Source: Candidatus Limnocylindrales bacterium (GTDB lineage Bacteria; Chloroflexota; Limnocylindria; Limnocylindrales; CSP1-4). From it: DNA of 61,291 nucleotides. Location: assembly GCA_046599085.1 (NCBI GenBank), contig JBKJHI010000071.1:1-61291 (forward strand), given 5' to 3'. Positions 18,259-27,380 of the stretch are shown piece after piece. A program made the position numbers and the translations under genes. The notes below the pieces were generated by a model that saw nothing but the letters and a program-made list of their open reading frames with translations, was not told the DNA's origin and did no database searches. Position 1 is the first letter of the stretch; each line of letters begins with the position of its first letter.

Positions 18259-19188
18259 ATGAGCACGCCGCGATCCGTCACCGCCCCCGTCATCCGCAGC
18301 TCCCTGCAGCGGACGACGCCGGACCTCCTCGGCACCGCGTTCTCGACGGTGCTGCTGCTCAGCCTTCTCTTCTCACTGGCGGTGCTCGGGATCCTCATCA
18401 GCGACCAGCTGAGCCGCGGGATGCCCGTCTTTGCCGAGCGCGGCGTCGATTTCCTGACGGGTTCGCTGTCGAGCAACCCGGCCCATGCCGGTGTGCTCCA
18501 GGGACTCATCGGCACGGCACTGCTCGCCGTGATGGTCGCGCTGGTGGCCTTCCCCATCGGGATCCTCACGGCCGTCTACCTCGAGGAATACGCCGCCGCC
18601 AACCTCGTCACCCGCTTCATCGACATCAACATCCGCAACCTCGCCGGCGTCCCGTCGGTGGTGTACGGGCTGCTTGGCCTGGCCATCTTCGTGGCCGCGT
18701 TCAGCACCCTCGGCATCGGCAACGGACGCAACATCATCAGTGGCGGCCTGACGCTCGCGGTGCTGATCCTGCCGCTCGTCATCATCACGTCGGCCGAGGC
18801 GATCCGATCCGTCCCCGACGCACTGCGCGAAGCGGGATACGGCCTCGGGGCCTCCCGCTGGCAGGTCGTTCGGCGTCTGGTGCTGCCATCCGCCGTGCCC
18901 GGCATCCTGACCGGCACGGTGCTGTCCCTGTCCCGAGCGCTCGGGGAGACCGCGCCGCTCATCGTGGCCGGCGCGGTGCTGGGCTCGTTCTCCAGCGGCG
19001 GCTCGATCGGCGAATTGTTCGGCGGCTCGTACACCGCCCTGCCGGTCATCGTGTACGACTGGGCGCGGAAGCCGCAGGACGAGTTCAGGGCGCTGACCTC
19101 CGCGGCGATCATCGTCCTGCTGGTCGTGACCTTCCTCGCCAACGCCTTCGCGGTGCTGTTGCGGAGCCGCTACGACAAGCGACCATGA
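18259..19188 (+). CDS. pstA: phosphate ABC transporter permease PstA
   Basis: 309 aa. Loop [25 protein letters not shown]. The stop overlaps the pstB start (ATGA). Confidence 0.9.
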   Translation: MSTPRSVTAPVIRSSLQRTTPDLLGTAFSTVLLLSLLFSLAVLGILISDQLSRGMPVFAERGVDFLTGSLSSNPAHAGVLQGLIGTALLAVMVALVAFPIGILTAVYLEEYAAANLVTRFIDINIRNLAGVPSVVYGLLGLAIFVAAFSTLGIGNGRNIISGGLTLAVLILPLVIITSAEAIRSVPDALREAGYGLGASRWQVVRRLVLPSAVPGILTGTVLSLSRALGETAPLIVAGAVLGSFSSGGSIGELFGGSYTALPVIVYDWARKPQDEFRALTSAAIIVLLVVTFLANAFAVLLRSRYDKRP

Positions 19189-20027
19189 TCGACCCACCGA
19201 CCCAGGGAGCACCCGTGACCGATGTCCTGACCACCGACGCCGACAGGCATGGCGCCCCGCCGTTGGCGACCATCCTGTCGTTGCGCGACGTCGCCTGCTA
19301 CTACGGCGCGTTCCGTGCCGTGAAGGACGTTTCGATCGACATCCCGACCCATCACATCACAGCCCTCATCGGTCCGTCCGGTTGTGGCAAGTCCACGCTC
19401 CTGCGGGCCGTCAACCGCATGAACGATCTCATCCCGGGCGCGCGCACCGAGGGGCAGATCCGCTACCAGGGACAGGACCTGTACGCCTCTGGCGTCGATC
19501 CGGTCGAGGTCCGGCGGCGCATCGGGATGGTCTTCCAGAAGCCAAACCCGTTCCCCAAGTCGATCTATGACAACGTCGCGTTCGGGCCGCGGCTGATGGG
19601 CTTCAAGGGCGATCTGGATGGGCTGGTCGAAGAGAGCCTTCGACGGGCCGCGATCTGGGATGAGGTCAAGGACAAGCTGCGTCAGTCCGGGCTGTCGCTG
19701 TCCGGTGGCCAGCAGCAGCGGCTGTGCATCGCCCGCGCCATCGCGACATCGCCCGAGATCATCCTCATGGATGAGCCATGCTCGGCGCTCGATCCGAGAG
19801 CCACGCTCCAGATCGAGGACCTGATGGCCGAGATCAAGCGGGACTACACGATCGTCATCGTCACCCACAACATGCAGCAGGCGGCCCGCGCATCGGACTT
19901 CACCGTGTTCATGAACATGGCCGAGGACCGCGCCGGGTACGTGGTCGAGCAGAGCGCCACGATCGGCATCTTCACCAACCCACAGCACCAGATGACCGAG
20001 GACTACGTCTCCGGTCGGTTCGGTTGA
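19185..20027 (+). CDS. pstB: phosphate import ATP-binding protein PstB
   Basis: Walker [10 protein letters not shown], signature LSGGQQQR, Walker B ILMDEP and the PstB-typical C-terminus. Confidence 0.95.
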   Translation: MIDPPTQGAPVTDVLTTDADRHGAPPLATILSLRDVACYYGAFRAVKDVSIDIPTHHITALIGPSGCGKSTLLRAVNRMNDLIPGARTEGQIRYQGQDLYASGVDPVEVRRRIGMVFQKPNPFPKSIYDNVAFGPRLMGFKGDLDGLVEESLRRAAIWDEVKDKLRQSGLSLSGGQQQRLCIARAIATSPEIILMDEPCSALDPRATLQIEDLMAEIKRDYTIVIVTHNMQQAARASDFTVFMNMAEDRAGYVVEQSATIGIFTNPQHQMTEDYVSGRFG

Positions 20028-20040
20028 GTCCGGAGGCCAC

Positions 20041-20781
20041 ATGACCGATCACGAAACCGGGAGCGACAGGACCGACGACGACCGCGACTCGCCAGTCCCG
20101 GACACGACGCCGCCGCACACCCAGGCGCGGCGAAGCCCGCTCGACCGTGAGCAGCAGGCGATCAAGGACGACGTCCTGCGCATGGGCGCCCTGGTCGAGG
20201 AGGCGATCCGTGCCGCCGCGGCGGCCCTGGCGGCCCACGACGCCAGCCTGGCCATGTCCGTCATCAAGGGCGATGCGCGGATCAACGATGCGCAACGGGG
20301 CGTGTCCAGGCTGATCGCCGTCACCATCGCCACCCAACAGCCGGTCGCCCGGGACCTGCGCTACCTGCTCACGCTCGACCACGTGACCTACGAGCTCGAA
20401 CGCATCGGCGATCACGCCTCATCTGTCGCGAAACAGGTCATCAAGCTCGCACCCGAACCGCCGCTGCGCAAGGACGTGCACCTGCCGGAGATGGCCGAGC
20501 GCGCCGCCGTGCTCGTCCACGGCGTGCTGCGGGCACTGGTGGATGTGGATCCTGTCGCCGCCAGGGCGATCGCGGTCGAGGACGACGAGATCGATCGCCT
20601 CTATCACGCCACCTTCGACGAGGTCGTCGAACTCATGCGCCAGGATCCGGCGAACGTCGAGCGCGGGACACGGATCGTCATCGCCTCGCACTACATCGAG
20701 CGGATCGGCGATCGCGCCACGAACATCGCCGAGGACATCGTCTACCTCGTCACGGGCGACGTCGAGGATCTGAACCCGTGA
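20041..20781 (+). CDS. phoU: phosphate signalling complex protein PhoU
   Basis: Two PhoU repeats with the E(R)IGDxAxNIAE motif (LERIGDHASSVAK, IERIGDRATNIAEDI). Confidence 0.9.
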   Translation: MTDHETGSDRTDDDRDSPVPDTTPPHTQARRSPLDREQQAIKDDVLRMGALVEEAIRAAAAALAAHDASLAMSVIKGDARINDAQRGVSRLIAVTIATQQPVARDLRYLLTLDHVTYELERIGDHASSVAKQVIKLAPEPPLRKDVHLPEMAERAAVLVHGVLRALVDVDPVAARAIAVEDDEIDRLYHATFDEVVELMRQDPANVERGTRIVIASHYIERIGDRATNIAEDIVYLVTGDVEDLNP

Positions 20782-21218
20782 CAGCCTCCGCACCGATCCG
20801 CGTGCTGTTCGTGTGCACCGGCAATTCCGCCCGCAGCGTCATGGCCGAGGCTCTGCTGCGTCACCACGGCGGCGACCGGTTCGAGGTCCACAGTGCCGGC
20901 ACGGAGCCGAAGGGCATCAACCCGTTGACCCTGCGCGTCCTCGGGGAAGCCGGGATCGATGCGGTATTCGCGCGCTCGAAGTCGGTCACCGACTTTCTCG
21001 ACCAGCCGTTCGACTACGTCGTGACGGTGTGCGACCAGGCGCGGCAGGTCTGCCCGGTCTTCCCGGGGGTGCACGAGTCCCTGCACTGGGGCTACGAGGA
21101 CCCTGCCGCGGCCGACGGCACTGACGAACAGCGCATGGCCGTCTTCCGCCGCGTGCTCACCCAGATCGCTGGGCGCGTCCAGCAGTTCGCGCTCGTCACC
21201 GCCCGGCAGCCGGCATGA
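20778..21218 (+). CDS. arsC: thioredoxin-coupled arsenate reductase (LMW-PTPase fold)
   Basis: P-loop CTGNSARS plus the downstream Cys pair in TVCDQARQVCP, equivalent to the Cys10/82/89 triad. GTG 20778 overlaps the phoU stop (GTGA). Confidence 0.8.
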   Translation: MTASAPIRVLFVCTGNSARSVMAEALLRHHGGDRFEVHSAGTEPKGINPLTLRVLGEAGIDAVFARSKSVTDFLDQPFDYVVTVCDQARQVCPVFPGVHESLHWGYEDPAAADGTDEQRMAVFRRVLTQIAGRVQQFALVTARQPA

Positions 21219-21700
21219 CCTCGCTCTACCTGTTGCGCCACGCCCATGCCGGCGACGCGTCGTCCTGGAACGGGCCCGACGCGCTGCGTCCGCTGACGGA
21301 CAAGGGCCGCCAGCAGGCCGAACGCCTGGGCCGCTTCCTCACCGACACCGGGTTCGCCACGGACCGCATCCTGAGCTCGCCAAAGGTCCGCGCCGCCCAG
21401 ACGGCCGAGATCGTGGCGAGTCTTCTGGGCTGCTCCATGTCCATCGACGAGCGGCTCGGCGACGGCGTGGACGTGCGCACGACCGAGGCGATCCTCGCGG
21501 ATCATGGCGACCCGGAGCGCCCGGTCCTCGTCGGGCACGACCCGGACCTGACCGATCTCGTCGCGCAGCTGTGTGCCGCCGACCGCGTCCCGATGCGCAA
21601 AGGAGCGCTGGCACGGATCGAGATCGGTCGGCCACTGCGAGCCGGTGGCGGCATGCTCCGCTGGCTGATCCCGCCGGACGCGCTCAGGCCGGAGCGCTGA
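21215..21700 (+). CDS. sixA: SixA-type phosphohistidine phosphatase (histidine phosphatase superfamily)
   Basis: 161 aa. RHAHAG catalytic motif, LTDKGRQQA and a late VGHDP motif. ATG overlaps the arsC stop (ATGA). Confidence 0.8.
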   Translation: MTSLYLLRHAHAGDASSWNGPDALRPLTDKGRQQAERLGRFLTDTGFATDRILSSPKVRAAQTAEIVASLLGCSMSIDERLGDGVDVRTTEAILADHGDPERPVLVGHDPDLTDLVAQLCAADRVPMRKGALARIEIGRPLRAGGGMLRWLIPPDALRPER

Positions 21701-22058
21701 CCGCGTCGCCCTTCGTGTCGGCGGTCCCGCGTCGGCGCCCGACAAGATCGGCCGTCGGGATCAGTCTTCCGGGGACGAGACCCGTCGCGATCCCCGCGAG
21801 CCGGCTGGCCACGTCAGGTGCCAGGCGGTAGAAGATCCAGTTCCCCCGCCGTTCGGAGGTCACGATCCCGGCGTCGCGCAGGACCCGGAGGTGGTGCGAG
21901 ACGGTCGGCTGGCGAACGTCGCAGCACGCGCTGAAGTCGCAGGCGCAGGTCTCCTGGTCGGCCGCCAGTTGGCGCACGATGGCCAGCCGGGTCGGATCGG
22001 CGAGCGCCGCGAGCAGGCGGACATCGGGGTCCAGGGTCGTGGTCTTCGTTCGTGCCAT
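21684..22058 (-). CDS. arsR: ArsR/SmtB family metalloregulator
   Basis: 124 aa from MARTKTTT. LADPTRLAIVRQL, metal site ETCACDFSACCDV and recognition helix QPTVSHHLRVLRDAGIV. Confidence 0.9.
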   Translation of the reverse strand: MARTKTTTLDPDVRLLAALADPTRLAIVRQLAADQETCACDFSACCDVRQPTVSHHLRVLRDAGIVTSERRGNWIFYRLAPDVASRLAGIATGLVPGRLIPTADLVGRRRGTADTKGDAVSAPA

Positions 22059-22070
22059 GGTCGCGCCATC

Positions 22071-22133
22071 ATATCGACGAATGTCGATATTGACAAGGTC
22101 CGATGCAAGCCTCAATATCGATATCAATCGATA
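22071..22133. promoter_or_regulatory. arsR / arsM divergent control region with nested palindromic operators
   Basis: ATATCGAC-GAAT-GTCGATAT at 22071-22090, ATATCGATAT at 22115-22124 and TATCGAT-ATCA-ATCGATA at 22116-22133. TTGACA at 22090-22095 with CAATAT 17 nt downstream. AT-rich island. Confidence 0.65.
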
Positions 22134-22164
22134 CATCGCAGCCACACTTGGAGGCCCCGTCGTC

Positions 22165-22389
22165 ATGCACGACCGAACGATCGCCTGGATGATGTCCGGC
22201 GGAAACCGCTACGAGACGCCTGAAGAGCGGCTCGACCGCGTCCACGCCCATGCCCTGCGCGTCGCCCGCGCCGAGATCCCGGCCACCCCGTCCACCTCGG
22301 CCACGCACTCGCTGCGTTCGACAGCGATGACGGCTCTGGCCACCATCGGGATCGGCTCGGCCACGAACGATCGCTGCGTCGCATGTTGA
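22165..22389 (+). CDS. small hypothetical protein (74 aa) ending in CVAC, first gene of the arsM transcription unit
   Basis: ATG 22165 with GGAGG 10 nt upstream. Overlaps the arsM start by 7 nt. I recognise no family. Confidence 0.4.
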   Translation: MHDRTIAWMMSGGNRYETPEERLDRVHAHALRVARAEIPATPSTSATHSLRSTAMTALATIGIGSATNDRCVAC

Positions 22390-23285
22390 CGCCGACGACC
22401 CCGATCACCGCGGGACCTGCCGGCGACTCGCCTGATGCCATCACGGACGCCGTCCGGGCTCGCTACGCCGAGGCCGCGCGGGCCGTGCTCGATGGCGCGA
22501 ATGACGCGTCGGAAGCCGCCGCCTCCTGCTGCGACGCGACAGGCACCCCGGTCTTCGGCGAGATCCTGTACGACCTGGCCAGCCGCGAGAGCCTGCCCGA
22601 AGCGGCCGTGCTGGCCAGTCTCGGCTGTGGCAACCCGACCGCCGTGGCGGAGCTGCGCGAAGGCGAGACCGTCCTCGATCTCGGATCCGGAGGCGGAATC
22701 GATGTCCTGCTCTCCGCCCAGCGCGTCGGCCCGACCGGGTTCGCCTATGGCCTGGACATGACCGACGAGATGCTCGCTCTCGCGCGACGGAACGCCGCCG
22801 AGTCGGGCGTGACCAACGTGGCCTTCGTCAAGGGCCGGATCGAGGCGATCCCCCTGCCCGACGCGTCGGTCGACGTGGTCATCAGCAACTGCGTCATCAA
22901 CCTGTCCGTTGACAAGGCGGCTGTCCTCGCGGAGGTGGCCCGCGTGCTGCGCCCTGGCGGCCGGCTCGGCATCAGCGACGTCGTCGCCGACGATGGCCTG
23001 AGCATGGCCGAACGCGAGAGTCGCGGCAGCTTCACCGGCTGCGTGGCCGGGGCCCTCAGCTTCGAGGAGTACCGGGCCGGCCTCACGGCCGTCGGCCTCG
23101 CGGGTATCGACGTCAGTGCCACCCATGCCGTCGCGGACGGGATGCACGGCGCGATCATCCGCGCCACGAAGCCGACCGACTGGAGCGCCGACTCGATTCG
23201 ACCGGTCGACCTGCCGCGACCGACGACCCTGTCGATGGCGCCCGACGCGGGCGGCGGCTGCTGCGGCGGCTCCGGCTGCTGCTGA
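22383..23285 (+). CDS. arsM: arsenite S-adenosylmethionine methyltransferase
   Basis: SAM motif [13 protein letters not shown]-terminal CC pair (ASCCD), a conserved Cys in GCGNP and a Cys-rich tail [11 protein letters not shown]. Confidence 0.85.
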   Translation: MLTPTTPITAGPAGDSPDAITDAVRARYAEAARAVLDGANDASEAAASCCDATGTPVFGEILYDLASRESLPEAAVLASLGCGNPTAVAELREGETVLDLGSGGGIDVLLSAQRVGPTGFAYGLDMTDEMLALARRNAAESGVTNVAFVKGRIEAIPLPDASVDVVISNCVINLSVDKAAVLAEVARVLRPGGRLGISDVVADDGLSMAERESRGSFTGCVAGALSFEEYRAGLTAVGLAGIDVSATHAVADGMHGAIIRATKPTDWSADSIRPVDLPRPTTLSMAPDAGGGCCGGSGCC

Positions 23286-23289
23286 GCGC

Positions 23290-24486
23290 TCAGTCCGCCC
23301 CGGTCGGATAGGGCAACGTGACGGGGTCGGTCGCCAGCCGGCTCCGCCCCGCTGCGTCGAACCGGTCGAGGCCCAGGTCCGTCACGTCGAGCACGTCCGT
23401 TCGACCGCGCAGAAGCAGGTCCGTGGCCGCGCGCGAGATCCCGGGGCCCCACATCATCCCGTGGCCACCGGCAGCCGCCACGACCACCCCGTCCAGCCGA
23501 TCGCCCGCGGGCGTGATCGCGGGCCCGATGATCGGCGTGTGGTCCGGCGTGTAGTCGATGGTGGCGGCCCAGATGCGGCGGAGCCCCTGGTCGCGCGTGC
23601 GCGGCACGAACCCGGCCAGACGCTCGCGATAGCGTGCATACGCGTCCCAGTCGATCTCGCGCGCTTCGCCGGGCTGGTCATCGGGATCGCTCCATCCGAA
23701 CAGGAGCCCGCCCTCCTCCGGGCGCCAGTACAGGCCCGCCCCAAGGTCGAAGACCATCGGATGGGGCGGCTCGAACGCGTGGTCGGGCGCCAGCACGGCC
23801 ACGGTGTGACGCGCCGCCCCGACCGGGATGCGCAGGCCAGCTCGCTCCCCCACTCCACGCAGGCCCGGGCCGCCCGTCAGGAGGACCCGCGGCGTGTCGA
23901 TCGGGCCGGCGCTCGTGTGGATGCCGACGACGCGCGTCCCGGTCGCGTCGAGGCGGAGTCCGGTGAAGTCCACGCCCTCGCGCAACTCGACGCCCGCCGC
24001 GGCCATGGCCAGCGAGTAGGCACGCACGTTGCGCGACGGGTCGATACAGCCGTCGCCTGGGCGGAAACTGCCCCCGTGGTGTCCGGCGTCGGCCAGCGTC
24101 GGGCACGCACGGTGCGCGGCGGCGGCGTCCAGCCACTCGACATCCAGCCCGAGGCCCCGCTGCATGGCGATCCGGGCGAGACCGGCCCGCTCGTCGTCGT
24201 CCGTGACGGCGAGGATCAGGTAACCGAGTTCACGGAATCCCGAATCCGTGCCGTACGCCGCGGTCTGATCGCGATAGAACTCGATCGACCAGCGGCCAAG
24301 GGCCACGGTGGCCGGCGTGCCGCCCTGCGCCCGGACGACGCCGGCGGCTCGGGACGAGGCACCCATACCCGCCCGACCTCGATCGAGCACGATCACGCGC
24401 CCCACCCCATCCGCGGCGGCGAAGACGGACGCCCAGCCCCCGAGCGTGCCGGCCCCGACGACGACGAGATCGGCGGACTCGTTCAT
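23290..24486 (-). CDS. FAD-dependent oxidoreductase (DAO / sarcosine oxidase beta-like family)
   Basis: 398 aa from MNESADLVVVGAGTLGG (GxGxxG). Length and pattern fit the DAO family. Substrate unknown. Confidence 0.75.
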   Translation of the reverse strand: MNESADLVVVGAGTLGGWASVFAAADGVGRVIVLDRGRAGMGASSRAAGVVRAQGGTPATVALGRWSIEFYRDQTAAYGTDSGFRELGYLILAVTDDDERAGLARIAMQRGLGLDVEWLDAAAAHRACPTLADAGHHGGSFRPGDGCIDPSRNVRAYSLAMAAAGVELREGVDFTGLRLDATGTRVVGIHTSAGPIDTPRVLLTGGPGLRGVGERAGLRIPVGAARHTVAVLAPDHAFEPPHPMVFDLGAGLYWRPEEGGLLFGWSDPDDQPGEAREIDWDAYARYRERLAGFVPRTRDQGLRRIWAATIDYTPDHTPIIGPAITPAGDRLDGVVVAAAGGHGMMWGPGISRAATDLLLRGRTDVLDVTDLGLDRFDAAGRSRLATDPVTLPYPTGAD

Positions 24487-24615
24487 GGACGCTCCTCGGC
24501 AGACGGGTCGGTCATGGCGCGACGATAGACGCGATCGGTCCCAGGGAGGCTTCGCGTCGCGCACGCCGCGCCGCTAGCGCGGACGGCGTCGCGCCCCCAG
24601 CGAGTGCTCGTCGCG

Positions 24616-25275
24616 TCAGCCGTCGAGCGCTGACGCCTCCACGATGACCGCGATGACCCCGAGGACCTCCAGCCGGGCCACGGTCGGCCGGCGCCGGATG
24701 GTCCATGCCGCGATCTCCAGGTCGGCAGCGCGCGCCAGGGCCATCCCGGCGCTATCGATGGCGCGCCATTCCGCGGCGATCCCGCGACACCCGAGCTCCA
24801 GGGCTCGCGCGATCGTGCCCGGGGTCATGTCCCAGGCGTTGAGCCAGCGCGGCCACAGCGGCGCCAGGCTGCCGATCCCCTCCAGGGTGTCGGGCTCGAA
24901 CGACGAGATGACAGCCCGGCGCAGGTGGCGGCCTCGGCCCGCCGCGAGGACCTCCACCACCGCTTCATCATGTCGGCCCTTGAGTTCGACATCGAGGAAC
25001 GCCCCGCGTGCGACGGTCGCGAGCACGTCAGCGAGGGTCGGGACGCCGAGGTCGCCGAGCGCCGCGGCGTCCAGCTCATCGACCCGCTCCGGCCGGCCCT
25101 GGACCCGGGCGAGGGTCTCATCGTGGAGCAGCACCGGGACCCCATCGGCGGAGACGTGGACGTCGAACTCCAGGCCGTCGCACCCGGGCACGGCGAGGGC
25201 GGCCTGCAGGGCCGCGACCGTGTTCTCCGGCGCACGCCGCATGTCCCCACGGTGCGCCAGTCGGAGGGCGACCAC
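24616..25275 (-). CDS. glycerophosphodiester phosphodiesterase
   Basis: 219 aa. AHRGD..APENT start, EFDVHVSADGVPVLLHD and a GDPD-fold pattern. Confidence 0.85.
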   Translation of the reverse strand: MVALRLAHRGDMRRAPENTVAALQAALAVPGCDGLEFDVHVSADGVPVLLHDETLARVQGRPERVDELDAAALGDLGVPTLADVLATVARGAFLDVELKGRHDEAVVEVLAAGRGRHLRRAVISSFEPDTLEGIGSLAPLWPRWLNAWDMTPGTIARALELGCRGIAAEWRAIDSAGMALARAADLEIAAWTIRRRPTVARLEVLGVIAVIVEASALDG

Positions 25276-25287
25276 GAGCGTGCAGGC

Positions 25288-26058
25288 CTACCCGATCTCG
25301 AGCGCGGCGGCGACACCGACGTGATCGCTCGGGTACAGGGTCGGATCGTCCACGGCGGGGCGATCGAACACGAGGCACGCCGAGGCCGCCCGGACCGCGC
25401 CGCGCAGCCAGATGTAGTCAAGGCATGCCGGGTCGCCGTCGGTGTCGATCGCCGGAGCCTGCAGGCCGGACGGCCAGGTCAGAGCCGGCTCGTCGCCGTT
25501 CGCCTCGACCATCGCCGAGCGAAATCCGGCCGCGACCATCCGCGCGTACGTCGGTTCGGCAGGGCTCGCGTTGAAGTCACCGACGACGATCTGCGCGGTA
25601 CTCGGCGGCGCCTCGGCGAGCCAGGCCAGCAGCTGCCGGGCGTGGTCGTCGCGCTGCTGCGCGCCGTCGACCGTGTGATGCAGGTGCGTGACGACGATGA
25701 GCGTGGTCGTGCCGCCGGGCAGCGCGACCATCGCGCGAAGTGCCGAGCGCCCGAGCCCGAGGTCAAGCCGCTTGACGTCCATGGCCACCAACGGCTCCCG
25801 GACGAGGAGGCTGTTGCCGTACTCCGGCCGGCCGGCCCAGGCTCGATGGGCCGCATAGGCACCCTCGCCGGATGCGCCGATCAGGCGGTCCTGCTGCAGG
25901 ACGTAGACCACCTCCTGCAACCCGAGGAGGTCTGGCTGGAGGGCGGCCATGTCGGCGAAGATCAGGCTCTGGCGCTCTGGCCAGCGATCAGCCAGATTGA
26001 GGATGTTGAGCGTCGCGATGTGCAATCGGTCCACGGCTCGCTCCTGGTGGTGGGTCAT
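25288..26058 (-). CDS. endonuclease/exonuclease/phosphatase (EEP) family protein
   Basis: 256 aa. ATLNILN start, LLGLQEV, GDFN and a C-terminal SDH motif. The start overlaps the kinase stop. Confidence 0.8.
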   Translation of the reverse strand: MTHHQERAVDRLHIATLNILNLADRWPERQSLIFADMAALQPDLLGLQEVVYVLQQDRLIGASGEGAYAAHRAWAGRPEYGNSLLVREPLVAMDVKRLDLGLGRSALRAMVALPGGTTTLIVVTHLHHTVDGAQQRDDHARQLLAWLAEAPPSTAQIVVGDFNASPAEPTYARMVAAGFRSAMVEANGDEPALTWPSGLQAPAIDTDGDPACLDYIWLRGAVRAASACLVFDRPAVDDPTLYPSDHVGVAAALEIG

Positions 26059-27287
26059 ACGACGGCTGCGGCAGCGACGGGCAGGCTGAACCGGAACGTC
26101 GAACCCGCGCCCTCGGTCGACTCCACCCAGATCCTTCCGCCGTGCTGCTCGATGACATGACGGGCGATGGCCAGGCCCAGGCCCGTTCCCCCGGCTTCGC
26201 CGCGCTGGCGGGCGCGGTCGACCTTGTAGAACCGCTCGAAGATCCGCTCCTGGGCGACTCTCGGGATGCCGACGCCGTGGTCCGCGATCGCCGTCACGAC
26301 GGCGTCGTCGTCGAGCGACGTGCGGACGATGACGGCGCCGCCGTCCGGGCTGAACTTGACCGCGTTGTGGACGAGGTTCACGACGACCTGACCGAGTCGT
26401 GCACCGTCGCCGCGGATGCGTGGCAGGTCCGCACTGGCCTCGACACGCAGGTCGACCCCCTGGCGCTCGGCGAACAGCCGGAGCCGCTCCGCGGATTCGC
26501 CGGCGACGACCCCCATGTCCACGCCGTCCACCATCCGGAGCGTACCCCCGCCCTCGATCCGCGACAGGTCCAGCAGTTCGCTCACCATCTGGACGAGGTG
26601 GCCGGTCTCGACCTCGATCTTGTTGATCCGCTCCCGCATCTTCGCCGGGATGGTGTCGCCCGCGACCTCGGCTTCGCGGGTCAGGGTCTCGGCCAACAGA
26701 CTGACCGTGGTCAGCGGCGTTCGCAGCTCGTGCGACAGGTTGTCGATGAACTCGGTGCGGATGCGCTGCAACCGGCGCAGCTCGGAGACGTCGTCGAGGA
26801 CGAGCAGGACATCGCTGCCGGCCGAACGCCGGGCGCGGAGCGTCAGCGTGGGTCCGTCGACGTCGGCCAGGCGGAGTTCGCCGTCAGCGATCTCACCCAT
26901 TCGAGCCGTTTCGACCAGCGCCTCGACCGACGAGTCCAGGAATGCCTCGATGAGCGTCCGCCCGATGAGTGAGCCCGTCGCCCGTCCAAGCACGGCATGG
27001 GCGGCCGTATTGGCGTCGCCGATCCGGCCGTCGGCGCCGACCACGATGACTCCCTGTTCCAGCGTGTCCAGCAGCGCGCCTCGAGCGGCGCGCTCCGTCG
27101 CGCTCGATCGCTCCTCGCGGTCGAGCGCCGCTCGCAATCGCGCCACCACGGCGGTCGCGGTGACGCCACCCCGCGAGCCGGTCTCGTGTCGGATCGCCGT
27201 CAACTCGCGCCCTCGATCACGGGCAACGACCGCGGCACGCGCCGCGATCAGGGCAGCGGCGATGGCGATGATCGGCCAGACATCCAC
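26055..27287 (-). CDS. phoR: sensor histidine kinase, SenX3/PhoR-like (1 TM, PAS, HisKA, HATPase)
   Basis: 410 aa. H-box SHELRTPLT, N-box VHNAVKFS, G-boxes DHGVGI and GTGLGLAI. No cognate regulator is adjacent. Confidence 0.75.
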   Translation of the reverse strand: MDVWPIIAIAAALIAARAAVVARDRGRELTAIRHETGSRGGVTATAVVARLRAALDREERSSATERAARGALLDTLEQGVIVVGADGRIGDANTAAHAVLGRATGSLIGRTLIEAFLDSSVEALVETARMGEIADGELRLADVDGPTLTLRARRSAGSDVLLVLDDVSELRRLQRIRTEFIDNLSHELRTPLTTVSLLAETLTREAEVAGDTIPAKMRERINKIEVETGHLVQMVSELLDLSRIEGGGTLRMVDGVDMGVVAGESAERLRLFAERQGVDLRVEASADLPRIRGDGARLGQVVVNLVHNAVKFSPDGGAVIVRTSLDDDAVVTAIADHGVGIPRVAQERIFERFYKVDRARQRGEAGGTGLGLAIARHVIEQHGGRIWVESTEGAGSTFRFSLPVAAAAVV

Positions 27288-27380
27288 GCCGCGAGCATCG
27301 CACAGCCGCGCGGAGGCGTGGTCCGCGCCGTGACAGGGCCCCGGACGGTCAGGCTGCGGCCCGGGCGGGCACCAACGCCG

